Source of the DNA: Streptacidiphilus sp. 4-A2
GTDB taxonomy: Bacteria; Actinomycetota; Actinomycetes; Streptomycetales; Streptomycetaceae
DNA length: 24,000 nt
NCBI GenBank assembly: GCA_014284505.1
Contig: JAAFYY010000001.1
Coordinates: 5,233,845-5,257,844, forward strand
Direction of reading: 5' to 3'
In this document: piece after piece, positions 15,013-24,000 of the stretch
Layout: each line of letters opens with the position of its first letter
Numbering within the stretch: the first letter of the stretch is position 1
The notes under the pieces: model-generated
Databases searched by the model: none
The model's input: the letters and a program-made list of their open reading frames with translations, nothing else
What the model was told of the DNA's origin: nothing
Made by a program: the position numbers and the translations under genes

Positions 15013-15498
15013 TCAGCCCTGCGGGTGGTGGGCCGGGACCGGCGGCAGTTCGCCCGTGGTCTCGTACTCGCTGATCATGTCGATCCGGCGGATGTGCCGG
15101 GGGTCCTGCGAGAACGGGGTGCCGATGAAGGTCTCGACAAAGCTGGTGGCCTCGTCCAGGGTGTGCATCCGCGCGCCGATGCTGACCACATTGGCGTTGT
15201 TGTGCTCGCGCCCCAGCTCGGCCGTCTGCACGCTCCAGGCCAGCGCCGCGCGGACGCCCTTGACCTTGTTGGCGGCGATGGCCTCACCGTTGCCGGAGCC
15301 GCCGATGACGATGCCCAGGGCCTCGGGGTCGGCGGCGGTGCGCTCGGCGGCACGCAGCACGAACGGCGGGTAGTCGTCCACGGCGTCGTAGATGTGCGGG
15401 CCGCAGTCCACCGGCTCGTGTCCGGCCTTGGTCAGCCACTCGACCAGGTGCTGCTTCAGTTCGTATCCGGCATGGTCGGATCCCAGGTACACGCGCAT
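15013..15498 (-). CDS. rpiB: ribose-5-phosphate isomerase B
   Basis: Reads MRVYLGSDHAGYELKQHLVEWL...GIVIGGSGNGEAIAANKVKGVRAALAWSVQTAELGREHNNANVVSIGARM, the canonical RpiB/LacAB signature. 161 aa, intact. Confidence 0.92.
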   Translation of the reverse strand: MRVYLGSDHAGYELKQHLVEWLTKAGHEPVDCGPHIYDAVDDYPPFVLRAAERTAADPEALGIVIGGSGNGEAIAANKVKGVRAALAWSVQTAELGREHNNANVVSIGARMHTLDEATSFVETFIGTPFSQDPRHIRRIDMISEYETTGELPPVPAHHPQG

Positions 15499-15564
15499 GG
15501 TCGTCAGTGTGGCACGACCTGCGCGTGCCCTGCGCGTCGGCCCGGTACGGGATCAGGGCCGGGA

Positions 15565-16161
15565 TCAGCCCTTGCGGCCGACCAGCTTCCAGGCGGCCGG
15601 CAGCAGGCCCATGGCCAGCGCGATCTTCAGCGCGTCGCCGACCAGGTAGGGGTACAGACCCAGCGAGGCGGCCTTGGCCAGCGAGACATGGACGCTGGCG
15701 GCCAGGTAGGTGACCCCGAAGGCGTAGATGGTGAGGTTGCCGAGCACCATGGCCCCCGCGGTGCGCAGCGCGCCGCGGTCCGCGCCGCGCCGCGCCAGCG
15801 CGCCGACCAGCCCGGCGGCGGCCACGAAGCCGATGACATAGCCGAAGGTCGCCCCGAGACCGGAGGTGCCCTGCGCGAACCACGGCAGCCCGGCCATCCC
15901 GGCGAGCAGGTAGAGCGCGAGCGAGGCGATACCGCGGCGGGCGCCCAGCGCGGTGCCGACCAGCAGCACGGCCAGGGTCTGGCCGGTCACCGGGACCGGC
16001 GAGCCGGGCACCGGCACGGCTATCTGGGCCGCCAGGCCGGTGACCGCCGCGCCTCCGACGACCAGCGCCAGATCCCGGGCGTAGCCGCGGGCCCGGGTGG
16101 AGGCGGGGACGAGGTCGGCGAGGACGCTGCCAGGGCGCAGCGTGGCGGTGGCGAGGCTCAT
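15565..16161 (-). CDS. bioY: BioY-family biotin transporter S component
   Basis: 198-aa polytopic membrane protein reading ...PVPVTGQTLAVLLVGTALGARRGIASLALYLLAGMAGLPWFAQG...GYVIGFVAAAGLVG...GNLTIYAFGVTYL...LYPYLVGDALKIALA. This is the typical BioY pattern. Confidence 0.85.
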   Translation of the reverse strand: MSLATATLRPGSVLADLVPASTRARGYARDLALVVGGAAVTGLAAQIAVPVPGSPVPVTGQTLAVLLVGTALGARRGIASLALYLLAGMAGLPWFAQGTSGLGATFGYVIGFVAAAGLVGALARRGADRGALRTAGAMVLGNLTIYAFGVTYLAASVHVSLAKAASLGLYPYLVGDALKIALAMGLLPAAWKLVGRKG

Positions 16162-16434
16162 GGGGTGTCATCTCCGCGAGGGCAGGGGCGGGCCCGGCAG
16201 CGGACTGCCGGGACGGGCCGGAGTTGCTGTGAACGACTGTGAACCTACCGGCTGAGCCCGACCGTCCGCGGTGGGCATTCCCCACAAAAAGCCAGGCCAA
16301 CGGCTGGACGGCCACGCCGGGGCGCGCCAGGGCCGGGCGCGTCGGCGCAGCGCGGCACGGGGCGCGGCGGGTGGACGCCGCGCCCCCGTGCCGGCCGGGG
16401 CTGAGGGGCCAGGCCTGGTGACCGGGCCGGGAGG

Positions 16435-16488
16435 GCCGAGCCGGGAGGCCAGGCCGGGAAGGCCGAGCCGGGAGGCCAGGCCGGGAAG
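16435..16488. repeat. 27-bp tandem repeat, two perfect copies (GCCGAGCCGGGAGGCCAGGCCGGGAAG)
   Basis: 16435-16461 equals 16462-16488, with degenerate partial copies on both sides (16421-16434, 16489-16500). It is intergenic, between the bioY start and the DsbA-like stop. Confidence 0.85.
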
Positions 16489-16547
16489 GCCAGGCCAAGG
16501 GCGGGCCGGACCAAGGCCGGCCCGGACCGATAGGCCCGGAGGTGGGG

Positions 16548-17249
16548 CTACTCGAAGCTCGGGCCCGCGGTGCGGGTGCGCTTGATCTCGTAGAAGCCCG
16601 GGGTGGAGGCGACCAGCAGGGTGCCGTCCCAGAGCCGGGCGGCGGCCTCGCCGCGCGGGGTGGGGGTGACCACCGGGCCGAAGAAGGCGACCTGGGCGCC
16701 GTCCGCGCCGGGGACCGCGATCACCGGGGTGCCGACGTCCTCGCCGACCAGGGTGATGCCCTCGCTGTGCGAGGCCCGCAGGGCCTGGTCGTACTCCTCG
16801 GAGTCGGCGGCGTCGGCGAGCTCGACCGGCAGTCCGGCCTCGGTCAGGGCCGCCTCGATGGTCTCCCGGGTGCGCGGCAGGGCCTGGTTGTGGAAGCGGG
16901 TGCCGAGCGCGGTGTAGAGCGCGCCGAGCACCTCGTCGCCGTGCTTCTGCGCGGCGGCGATGCAGACCCGGACCGGACCCCAGGCCTCGTTCATCAGGGC
17001 GCGGTACTTCTCGGGCAGGTCGCGGTCCTCGTTGAGCACGGCCAGGCTCATCACGTGCCAGCGCACGCTGACCGGCCGCTGCTGCTCGACCTCCAGCATC
17101 CAGCGGGAGGTCATCCAGGCCCAGGGGCAGAGCGGATCGAACCAGAAGTCCACGGGCGTGGGGTGTTCGCTGTGGCGGCGGACATCGGTGCTCCTCGGAA
17201 AGTGGTCAGCAAAACGCGAATCGACTGCTTTCCAGCGGGAACGTGCCAT
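16548..17249 (-). CDS. DsbA-like thioredoxin-fold protein (Rv2466c / mycoredoxin-2-like family)
   Basis: Reads VDFWFDPLCPWAWMTSRWMLEV...VRWHVMSLAVLNEDRDLPEKY...GTPVIAVPGADGAQVAFFGPVVTP. The CPWA active-site motif sits in a DSBA-like fold. The true start is probably near 17185: an ATG in the adjacent frame reads MSAATANTPRP, which suggests a frame break. Confidence 0.75.
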   Translation of the reverse strand: MARSRWKAVDSRFADHFPRSTDVRRHSEHPTPVDFWFDPLCPWAWMTSRWMLEVEQQRPVSVRWHVMSLAVLNEDRDLPEKYRALMNEAWGPVRVCIAAAQKHGDEVLGALYTALGTRFHNQALPRTRETIEAALTEAGLPVELADAADSEEYDQALRASHSEGITLVGEDVGTPVIAVPGADGAQVAFFGPVVTPTPRGEAAARLWDGTLLVASTPGFYEIKRTRTAGPSFE

Positions 17250-17428
17250 CCGGCCAGTCCATTCCCGGCCCGGCGCACCGGGTCGCGGAACGGGCGCGGA
17301 TCTGGCCGGTTCGGCCCGGTGGGCGGGTCGGCGGCCCGTGAAAGGATGCCCGGGAACCAGACAGCTCGCGGTTCGACGTCCGGGTCCCTACATCTGCCGG
17401 ACGACACCGAACGATAGGGAGAAGCGCA

Positions 17429-20031
17429 GTGCCCGGGACCAATCTCACCCGCGACGAAGCCCGAGCGGGCCCGCATCCTCAGCGTGGACGCCTACGAGGT
17501 CCGGCTCGACCTCCGCTCGGCCGTCCGGCCGATCGCCGACGGCGACGGCGCGGGCCGGTTCGGCTCGCAGACGCTGCTGCGCTTCCGCTGCTCGGAGCCG
17601 GACGCGGACAGCTTCGCGGACCTGCTCGCCCCGGCGGTCACCCGGGTGGTGCTGAACGGCCGGGAGCTGGATCCGGCCGTGGTGTTCGACGGCTCGCGGA
17701 TCGCCCTGCCGGGGCTGGCCGAGAACAACGAACTGCTGGTCGAGGCCGAGTGCGCGTACAGCCGAACGGGTGAGGGCCTGCACCGCTTCACCGACCCGGT
17801 GGACGGCGAGACCTACCTCTACACCCAGTACGAGCCGGCCGACGCGCGCCGGGTGTTCACCACCTTCGAGCAGCCCGACCTGAAGGCCCCCTACAGCTTC
17901 ACGGTCACCGCGCCCGCGCACTGGGCGGTGTTCTCCAACTCCCCGGCCGGCGGCGACCCGGTCGCCGAGGGCTCCGCGCTGACCTGGAGCTTCGCCCCGA
18001 CGCCGCGCATCTCCAGCTACATCACCGCGGTCGTGGCCGGCCCGTACCACGTGGCCCGCGACCACTACAGCCGGGTGCTGGAGGACGGCCGCCGCTGGAG
18101 ATCCCGCTGGGCGCGAATGTGCCGGGCCTCGCTCGCGCAGCACTTCGACTCGGACGAGATCTTCACCGTCACCAAGCCAGGCCTGGACTTCTTCCACCAG
18201 GAGTTCGACTACCCCTACCCCTTCGGCAAGTACGACCAGGCCTTCGTGCCCGAGTACAAATCGGCGCGATGGAGAACCCGGGCCTGGTCACCTTCCGCGA
18301 GGAGTACGTCTACCGCTCCAAGGTGACCGAGGCCGCCTACGAGGGCCGGGCCAATGTGATCCTGCACGAGATGGCGCACATGTGGTTCGGCGACCTGGTC
18401 ACCATGCAGTGGTGGGACGACCTGTGGCTCAAGGAGTCCTTCGCCGACTTCATGGGCGCCTACTCGCAGGTCGCGGCGACCAAGTACAGCGCCGGGTGGA
18501 TCACCTTCGCCAACCGCCGCAAGGCCTGGGCCTACCGGCAGGACCAGCTGCCGACGACGCATCCGATCACCGCGGACATCCGCGACCTGGAGGACGCGAA
18601 GCTGAACTTCGACGGCATCACCTATGCCAAGGGCGCGGCCGTGCTCAAGCAGCTGGTGGCGTACGCCGGGAGTGAGGCGTTCTTCGAGGGCGCGCGGCGG
18701 TACTTCAAGCGCCACGCGTTCGGCAACACCACCCTCGCGGACCTGCTGGCGGTGCTCGCCGAGACCTCCGGACGCGGCGCCGAGGCCATGGCCGAGTGGT
18801 CCCGCGCCTGGCTGGAGACGGCCGGGGTGAATGTGCTGAGCCCGGAGGTGGTGACCGACGCCGAGGGCCGGATCACCTCGTTCGCGGTGCTCCAGGAGGC
18901 CACCGCCGAGTACCCGGTGCTGCGGCCGCACCGGATCGCGGTCGGACTGTACGACCGCGACGAGGAGGGGCTGCTGGTCCGCAGCCACAAGTCGAGCTGG
19001 ATGTCGCCGCCGAGGCCCGGACCGAGGTGCCGGAGCTGATCGGGCGCCCGCGCCCGGCGCTGGTACTGGTCAACGACGAGGACCTGACCTACTGCAAGGT
19101 CCGCTTCGACGAGGCCTCGCTGGCCACGCTCCGGGAGAGCCTCGGCGACCTGGCCGACCCGCTGGCCCGGGCGCTGGCCTGGTCCGCGCTGTGGAACCTG
19201 ACCCGCGACGGCCTGGTGCCCGCCCGCGACTACCTGGACCTGGTGCTGCGCTTCGCCGGACGCGAGAGCAACATCGGCGTGCTCCAGTCGCTGCACCAGC
19301 AGGCCAAGTCGGCGCTGGACATGTATGTCGCGCCCGAGCGGCGCGACGAGTGGGCCGCCAGGCTCGCCGAGGGCACGCTGGCCGAGCTCCGCGCGGCCGC
19401 CCCCGGCGGCGACCACCAGCTCGCCTGGGCGCGCTTCCTGGCGCAGACCGCGACCTCGGCGGCCGACCTGCAGCTGGTGTCCGGGCTGCTCGCCGGGACG
19501 GCCCGGATCGACGGGCTGGCGGTGGACCAGGAACTGCGCTGGTCCCTGCTGCACGCGCTGGCGGCGGGCGGCGCGGCCGACCAGCGGCAGCTCGACGCGG
19601 AGCTGGAGCGGGACGACACCGCCAGCGGCAAGCGGCAGCTGACCGAGGCCCGGGCCTCGCTGCCGACCGCGGAGGCCAAGGCCGAGACCTGGCGGCTGGT
19701 GGTGGACTCGAACGAGCTGCCCAACGCGCTGGTGGAGGCCCGGATCGCGGGTTTCCAGCAGGCCGGGCAGCGGGAGCTGGTCGCGCCCTACGCCGAGAGC
19801 TACTTCGAGGTGCTGGAGAAGATCTGGGCGGAGCGCTCGATCGAGATCTCCATCCGGATCGTCAGCGGGCTCTTCCCGCGCCTGGTGACCACCACGCAGA
19901 CGCTGGAGCGCACCGACGCCTGGCTGGCCGAGCACGAGGACGCGGCCCCGGCGCTGCGGCGGCTGGTGCTGGAGTGCCGCGACGACCTGGCCCGCGCCCT
20001 GCGCGCCCAGGCCCGGGACGCGGCCTCCTGA
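17429..20031 (+). pseudogene. pepN: aminopeptidase N (M1 family), paralog 1, multiply frame-disrupted
   Basis: GTG 17429 opens PGTNLTRDEA. The GAMENPG exopeptidase motif lies at ~18265. The zinc site reads HEMAHMWFGDLVTMQWWDDLWLKESFA. The C-terminal ERAP1-like helical domain runs to 20031. It is colinear with the paralog at 20951. Frame changes occur near 17470, 18090/18112 (compensated), 18257 and 18995. Confidence 0.85.
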
Positions 20032-20038
20032 CCCTTCA

Positions 20039-20089
20039 GCACCGCTGACCCACCGGCACCGCTGACCCAACAGCACCGCTGACCTGTCG
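20039..20089. repeat. 17-bp tandem repeat x3 (GCACCGCTGACC core)
   Basis: The copies are GCACCGCTGACCCACCG, GCACCGCTGACCCAACA and GCACCGCTGACCTGTCG, starting at 20039, 20056 and 20073. The repeat follows the pepN-1 stop directly. Confidence 0.8.
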
Positions 20090-20098
20090 GCCGCTCCA

Positions 20099-20125
20099 CC
20101 GCCCCGTTGCCCGGGCGCGGGGCGG
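20099..20125. terminator. stem-loop between convergent genes
   Basis: 8-bp G/C stem CCGCCCCG / CGGGGCGG with an 11-nt loop, between the pepN-1 stop (20031) and the hydrolase stop (20137). Confidence 0.4.
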
Positions 20126-20136
20126 CCGACGGGCGT

Positions 20137-20784
20137 TCAGCCCTCGCGGACCAGCTCCAGGATCCAGTCGCCCACCATGTCGGTGATCCGGGCCAGCAGC
20201 TCCTCCGCGGTGAGCGGGGCGGACTTGGGCGCGGCGAACGAGTGACTGCCCTGGGGCAGTCCGAGCAGCCGGTGGGTCGGCGGCAGCGGCGGGAACTCGG
20301 AGGGGTGGCCGAAGGGGTCGGTCGCGCCCTGGACGACCAGGGTGGGGCGGCCGGTCTCCAGCAGCTCGGCGGCACGGCTGCGCTCCGGGCGGCCCGGCGG
20401 GTGCAGCGGAAAGGCCAGCGCCAGCACCCCGGCCGCCCCGCTCGCGGCAGCGGTACGGCAGGCCACCCGGGCCCCGGCGCTGCGGCCGCCGACCACCAGC
20501 GGCAGCGGATGTTCGGCGGTGAGCCGGGCGGTGACCGGCAGCCAGCCGCTGTCCAGGGTCTTCGGCGCGGGAGCGACCCGCTTTCCGGCCACCCGCCAGG
20601 GCTGCTCCACCAGCGCCACGGTGATCCCCCGCGGCGGCAGCCCGGCGGCCAGGGCCCGCAGGTCAGCGGCCTCGACGCCGCCGCCCGCGCCATGGCCGAG
20701 AGCGAGCAGAGCCCGGGCCCGGCCGACCGCCGGGGTCACCGTGGCAGCCGCGTCACCGGCCGGAGTCGGAATGAGGATGCGCAT
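20137..20784 (-). CDS. alpha/beta-fold hydrolase (dienelactone-hydrolase / KANL3-Tex30-like)
   Basis: 215 aa from ATG 20784. Reads ...ALLALGHGAGGGVEAADL...PLVVGGRSAGARVACR...GVLALAFPLHPPGRPE...PTLVVQGATDPFG...GSHSF. It shows the G-x-S-x-G nucleophile-elbow variant GRSAG and a C-terminal His. Confidence 0.7.
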   Translation of the reverse strand: MRILIPTPAGDAAATVTPAVGRARALLALGHGAGGGVEAADLRALAAGLPPRGITVALVEQPWRVAGKRVAPAPKTLDSGWLPVTARLTAEHPLPLVVGGRSAGARVACRTAAASGAAGVLALAFPLHPPGRPERSRAAELLETGRPTLVVQGATDPFGHPSEFPPLPPTHRLLGLPQGSHSFAAPKSAPLTAEELLARITDMVGDWILELVREG

Positions 20785-20950
20785 GGGACGACCATAGACC
20801 GACCGGCTGGTGGGGGGTGGGCGACGCCGCTCCCCACCGGCCGGCCGGTCCTCGCGCCCTGGCCCCTCCGCTGCCAGCGGCTCGGCCAGGCGTGCGACGT
20901 GGGAGGATGCCGGATAGCTGAGAGAGACACTGACGAAGGAGTCACGCAGC

Positions 20951-23547
20951 GTGCCTGGCACCAACCTGACCCGTGAGGAGGCCCATACCCGGGCGACCCT
21001 CCTCACCGTGGACGCATACGCAATCGAGCTCGACCTGAGCAACGCCGCCGAGGGCGGGACCTTCAGGTCCAGCACCGTGGTCCGTTTCACCGCCTCCACC
21101 CCCGGCGCGTCCACTTTCATCGACCTGGTCGCACCCACCGTGCACGAGGTCGTGCTGAACGGCACGGCACTGGACCCGGCCGAGGTCTTCGCCGACAGCC
21201 GGATCGCGCTGCCCTCGCTCGCCGCGGAGAACGAGCTGCGCGTCGTCGCCGACTGCGCCTACAGCAACACCGGCGAAGGTCTGCACCGCTTCGTCGACCC
21301 GGTCGACGAGCAGACCTACCTGTACACCCAGTTCGAGGTCCCGGACGCCCGCCGGGTGTTCGCGTCCTTCGAACAGCCCGACCTCAAGGGCACCTTCGCC
21401 TTCACCGTGACGGCCCCGGCCGGGTGGAAGGTGATCAGCAACGAGGTCTCGCCCGAGCCCCAGCAGGGCACGGTCGCGGGCACCGAGGTGCACCGGTTCC
21501 CGGTGACGCCGCGGATCTCCACCTACATCACCGCGCTGATCGCCGGACCGTACACCGGCGTCTTCGACGAGTACACCGACCCGGCGGACGGCCGGCGGGT
21601 GCCGCTCGGCATCTACTGCCGCCCCTCGCTGGCGCAGCACCTGGACGCCGACGCCCTGTTCGAGGTGACCAAGCAGGGGTTCGACTACTTCCAGGAGAAG
21701 TTCGCCACCCGCTACCCGTTCAGCAAGTACGACCAGCTGTTCGTGCCCGAGTTCAACGCGGGCGCGATGGAGAACGCGGGCGCGGTCACCATCCGCGACC
21801 AGTACGTCTTCCGCTCCAAGGTCACCGACGCCGCGTACGAGGTGCGCGCCGAGACGGTGCTGCACGAGCTGGCGCACATGTGGTTCGGTGACCTGGTCAC
21901 CATGGAGTGGTGGAACGACCTCTGGCTGAACGAGTCGTTCGCGACGTTCACCAGCATCCTCTGCCAGGCCGACTCGCCCGGCACCCGCTGGCCGCAGGCG
22001 TGGACCACCTTCGCCAACTCCATGAAGACCTGGGCCTACCGGCAGGACCAGCTGCCGTCCACGCACCCGATCATGGCGGAGATCAACGACCTGGAGGACG
22101 TCCAGGTCAACTTCGACGGCATCACCTACGCCAAGGGCGCCTCGGTGCTCAAGCAGCTGGTGGCGTACGTCGGCCAGGACGCCTTCTTCGCGGGCGTGCA
22201 GACCTACATGAAGCGCCACGCCTGGGGGAACACCCGGCTCGCCGACCTGCTCGGCGCGCTGGAGGAGACCTCCGGACGCGACCTCAAGGCCTGGTCCACG
22301 GCCTGGCTGGAGACCGCCGGGATCAACGTGCTGCGCCCGGAGCTGGAGGTCGACGCCGACGGCGTGCTGACCTCGCTGACGGTCCGCCAGGAGGCCCCGG
22401 CGCTGCCGGCCGGCGCCAAGGGCGAGGCCGTGCTGCGCCCGCACCGGATCGCCATCGGCCTGTACGACCTGGACGCGAGCGGCGCGCTGGTGCGCACCGA
22501 CCGGATCGAGCTGGACGTCGACGGCGAGCTCACCGCGGTGCCGCTGCCGGCGGGCCGCAAGCGCCCGGCGGTGGTGCTGCTCAACGACGACGACCTGTCG
22601 TACGCCAAGGTCCGGCTCGACCCGGAGTCGCTGGCCGCGGTCACCGCGCACATCGCCGACTTCACCGACTCGCTGCCGCGCGCCCTGTGCTGGGCCTCCG
22701 CCTGGGACATGACCCGCGACGGCGAGATGGCCGCCCGGGACTACCTGTCGCTGGTGCTCAGCGGCGTCGGCCGGGAGTCGGACATCGGCGTGGTCCAGTC
22801 GCTTCAGCGCCAGGTCCAGCTGGCCGTTGACCTGTACGCGGACCCGCAGTGGCGGGCCGAGGGCCTGTCCCAGCTGGCCGACGCCGCCCTGGAGCAGCTG
22901 CGTGCCGCCGCCCCGGCAGCGACCAGCAGCTGGCCTGGGCCCGCACGTTCGCGGACTCGGCGACCGGCGAGGAGCAGCTCGCGCTGCTCAGCGGGCTGCT
23001 CGACGGCAGCCGCACGTTCGAGGGCCTGGCCGTGGACACCGAGCTGCGCTGGGTGCTGCTGGAGCGGCTGGCGGGGACCGGGGTCGCGGACGAGGACGCG
23101 ATCGCGGCCGAGCTGGCGCGCGACAACACCGCCGCCGGGCAGCAGCACGCGGCGGCCTGCCGCACGGCCCGGCCCACGGTCGAGGCCAAGGCAGCCGCCT
23201 GGGCCGCGGTCGTGGAGCAGGAGACGCTGACCAACACCGTCCAGCAGGCGGTCATCTCCGGCTGGTACCAGCCGGAGCAGCGGGAACTGCTCGCCCCGTG
23301 GACGGCGAAGTACTTCGCCGCGGTCAAGGGGATCTTCGAGGAGCGCTCGCACGAGATGGGGCAGCAGATCATCGTCGGCCTCTACCCGTCGTACCAGGTC
23401 TCGCAGGAGACCCTGGACGCCACGGATGCCTGGCTGGCCTCCGCCGAACCGGCCCCGGCGCTGCGGCGCATGGTCGTCGAGGCGCGCTCCGGCGTGGAGC
23501 GGGCGCTGCGCGCCCAGGCCGCCGACCGGGCCGCCGCCCAGGGCTGA
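20951..23547 (+). CDS. pepN: aminopeptidase N (M1 family), paralog 2, single frame break
   Basis: GTG 20951 opens PGTNLTREEA. Motifs present are GAMENAG and HELAHMWFGDLVTMEWWNDLWLNESFA. The frame is continuous for 759 aa, then changes at ~22915 (GCCCCGGC, probably one C short). It continues ...DQQLAWARTFADSATGEEQLALLSGLLDG... to the stop at 23547. Confidence 0.9.
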
Positions 23548-23564
23548 CCGGCCCCGGGCGCACA

Positions 23565-23605
23565 GCAGCCCCCGTCGCTCCCTCTGCGGGAGCGGCGGGG
23601 GCTGC
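23565..23605. terminator. long G/C hairpin between convergent genes
   Basis: 18-bp stem GCAGCCCCCGTCGCTCCC / GGGAGCGGCGGGGGCTGC with one T-G pair and loop TCTGC. It starts 18 nt after the pepN-2 stop. Confidence 0.5.
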
Positions 23606-23705
23606 GCCGTCAGTCGTCAGATCATCAGGCAGTCGGACTGTCCGGCGTTCCGAAATCCGGCAGCAGACAGTCGTGCAGTCGTTCAGTCCGACAGTCGAAA
23701 AGTGC

Positions 23706-23933
23706 TCAGATCTTCTTGTCGGGCTTGGTGAGCGCGAGCACCAGGCCCGCGATGATGACAAAGAGGGCGAGCGGGCAGCCGACGTAGAGGCCGAGGGACT
23801 CGGCCACGGTCAGCCCGGCCAGCTGTACATCGCCCGCCGGGGCGGCCGCGAACGACGGGGCAGTCATAAGGAGCAGCGTGAGCGCGGTGCCGGCCGCTAC
23901 GGCTCCGGCGCGCAGGGAGTTTCGAGTCATCAC
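23706..23933 (-). CDS. small secreted/membrane-anchored protein
   Basis: 75 aa. It has a signal-peptide-like N-terminus (RAGAVAAGTALTLLLMTAPSFAAAP), a C-terminal hydrophobic helix (LGLYVGCPLALFVIIAGLVLAL) and a KPDKKI tail. Confidence 0.6.
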   Translation of the reverse strand: MMTRNSLRAGAVAAGTALTLLLMTAPSFAAAPAGDVQLAGLTVAESLGLYVGCPLALFVIIAGLVLALTKPDKKI

Positions 23934-24000
23934 TCCCCCACGGTAGAGGCCGGGCCTGCGACGCTGCGCGGCGGGGTGGACCCTTTGGGTGGCCCTTTAC

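Noticed and set aside
16435-16488. The tandem 27-mers considered as a CRISPR-like array.
   Set aside because: The copies are directly adjacent with no spacers, there are only two full copies, and there are no cas genes.
9941-22651. Many very long ORFs overlapping or antisense to the called genes. Examples: 9941..10987-, 10991..12061-, 12396..13577+, 13785..15074+, 14947..16242+, 15284..16498-, 18622..20076-, 20942..22651-. Also 1284..2351+ and 1412..1840-.
   Set aside because: Their translations are Arg/Pro/Gly/Ala-rich and low-complexity, with no recognisable motifs. Each lies opposite or out of frame to a gene with clear family signatures and G/C-rich third positions. This is typical stop-codon-poor shadow ORF behaviour in >70% G+C DNA.

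Overview
This is a high-GC, Streptomyces-like chromosome segment. A sampled core line has 46/60 G+C. The left edge carries divergent tRNA-Pro(TGG) and tRNA-Gly(TCC) genes.

The last 45 nt of tRNA-Gly plus 50 nt of its terminator (95 bp, 565-659) recur perfectly at 9932-10026. These repeats bracket a ~9.3-kb insertion (660-9931) that looks like a decayed integrative element. In order, the insertion holds:
- a pSAM2/AICE-type control module: a Pra-like gene, a KorSA-like GntR with three shared operator-like motifs, and a Pif-like Nudix gene
- an anti-sigma-type ATPase gene
- an IS481-family element (3427-5336)
- ~0.7 kb of non-coding DNA with a nested, near-perfect 152-nt hairpin (5620-5771)
- a two-gene cassette of about 50% G+C

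The cassette encodes a reverse transcriptase plus HEAT/alpha-repeat domain (6030-7549). Fourteen nt downstream is a two-TM protein with a Nudix-like C-terminal domain (7564-8352). I recognised no integrase or excisionase. This cassette is my best candidate for a novel UG/Abi/DRT-like defence system.

Right of 10027 the content is ordinary core: a VOC protein, a PP2C phosphatase, nei, rpiB, bioY, a DsbA-like protein, and two paralogous pepN genes flanking an alpha/beta hydrolase.

Many genes, core ones included, show 1-nt frame breaks at short homopolymers, some compensated within ~50 nt. The ORF track therefore fragments several genes. This may be assembly error rather than decay. Most long ORFs antisense to the called genes are high-GC shadow ORFs.
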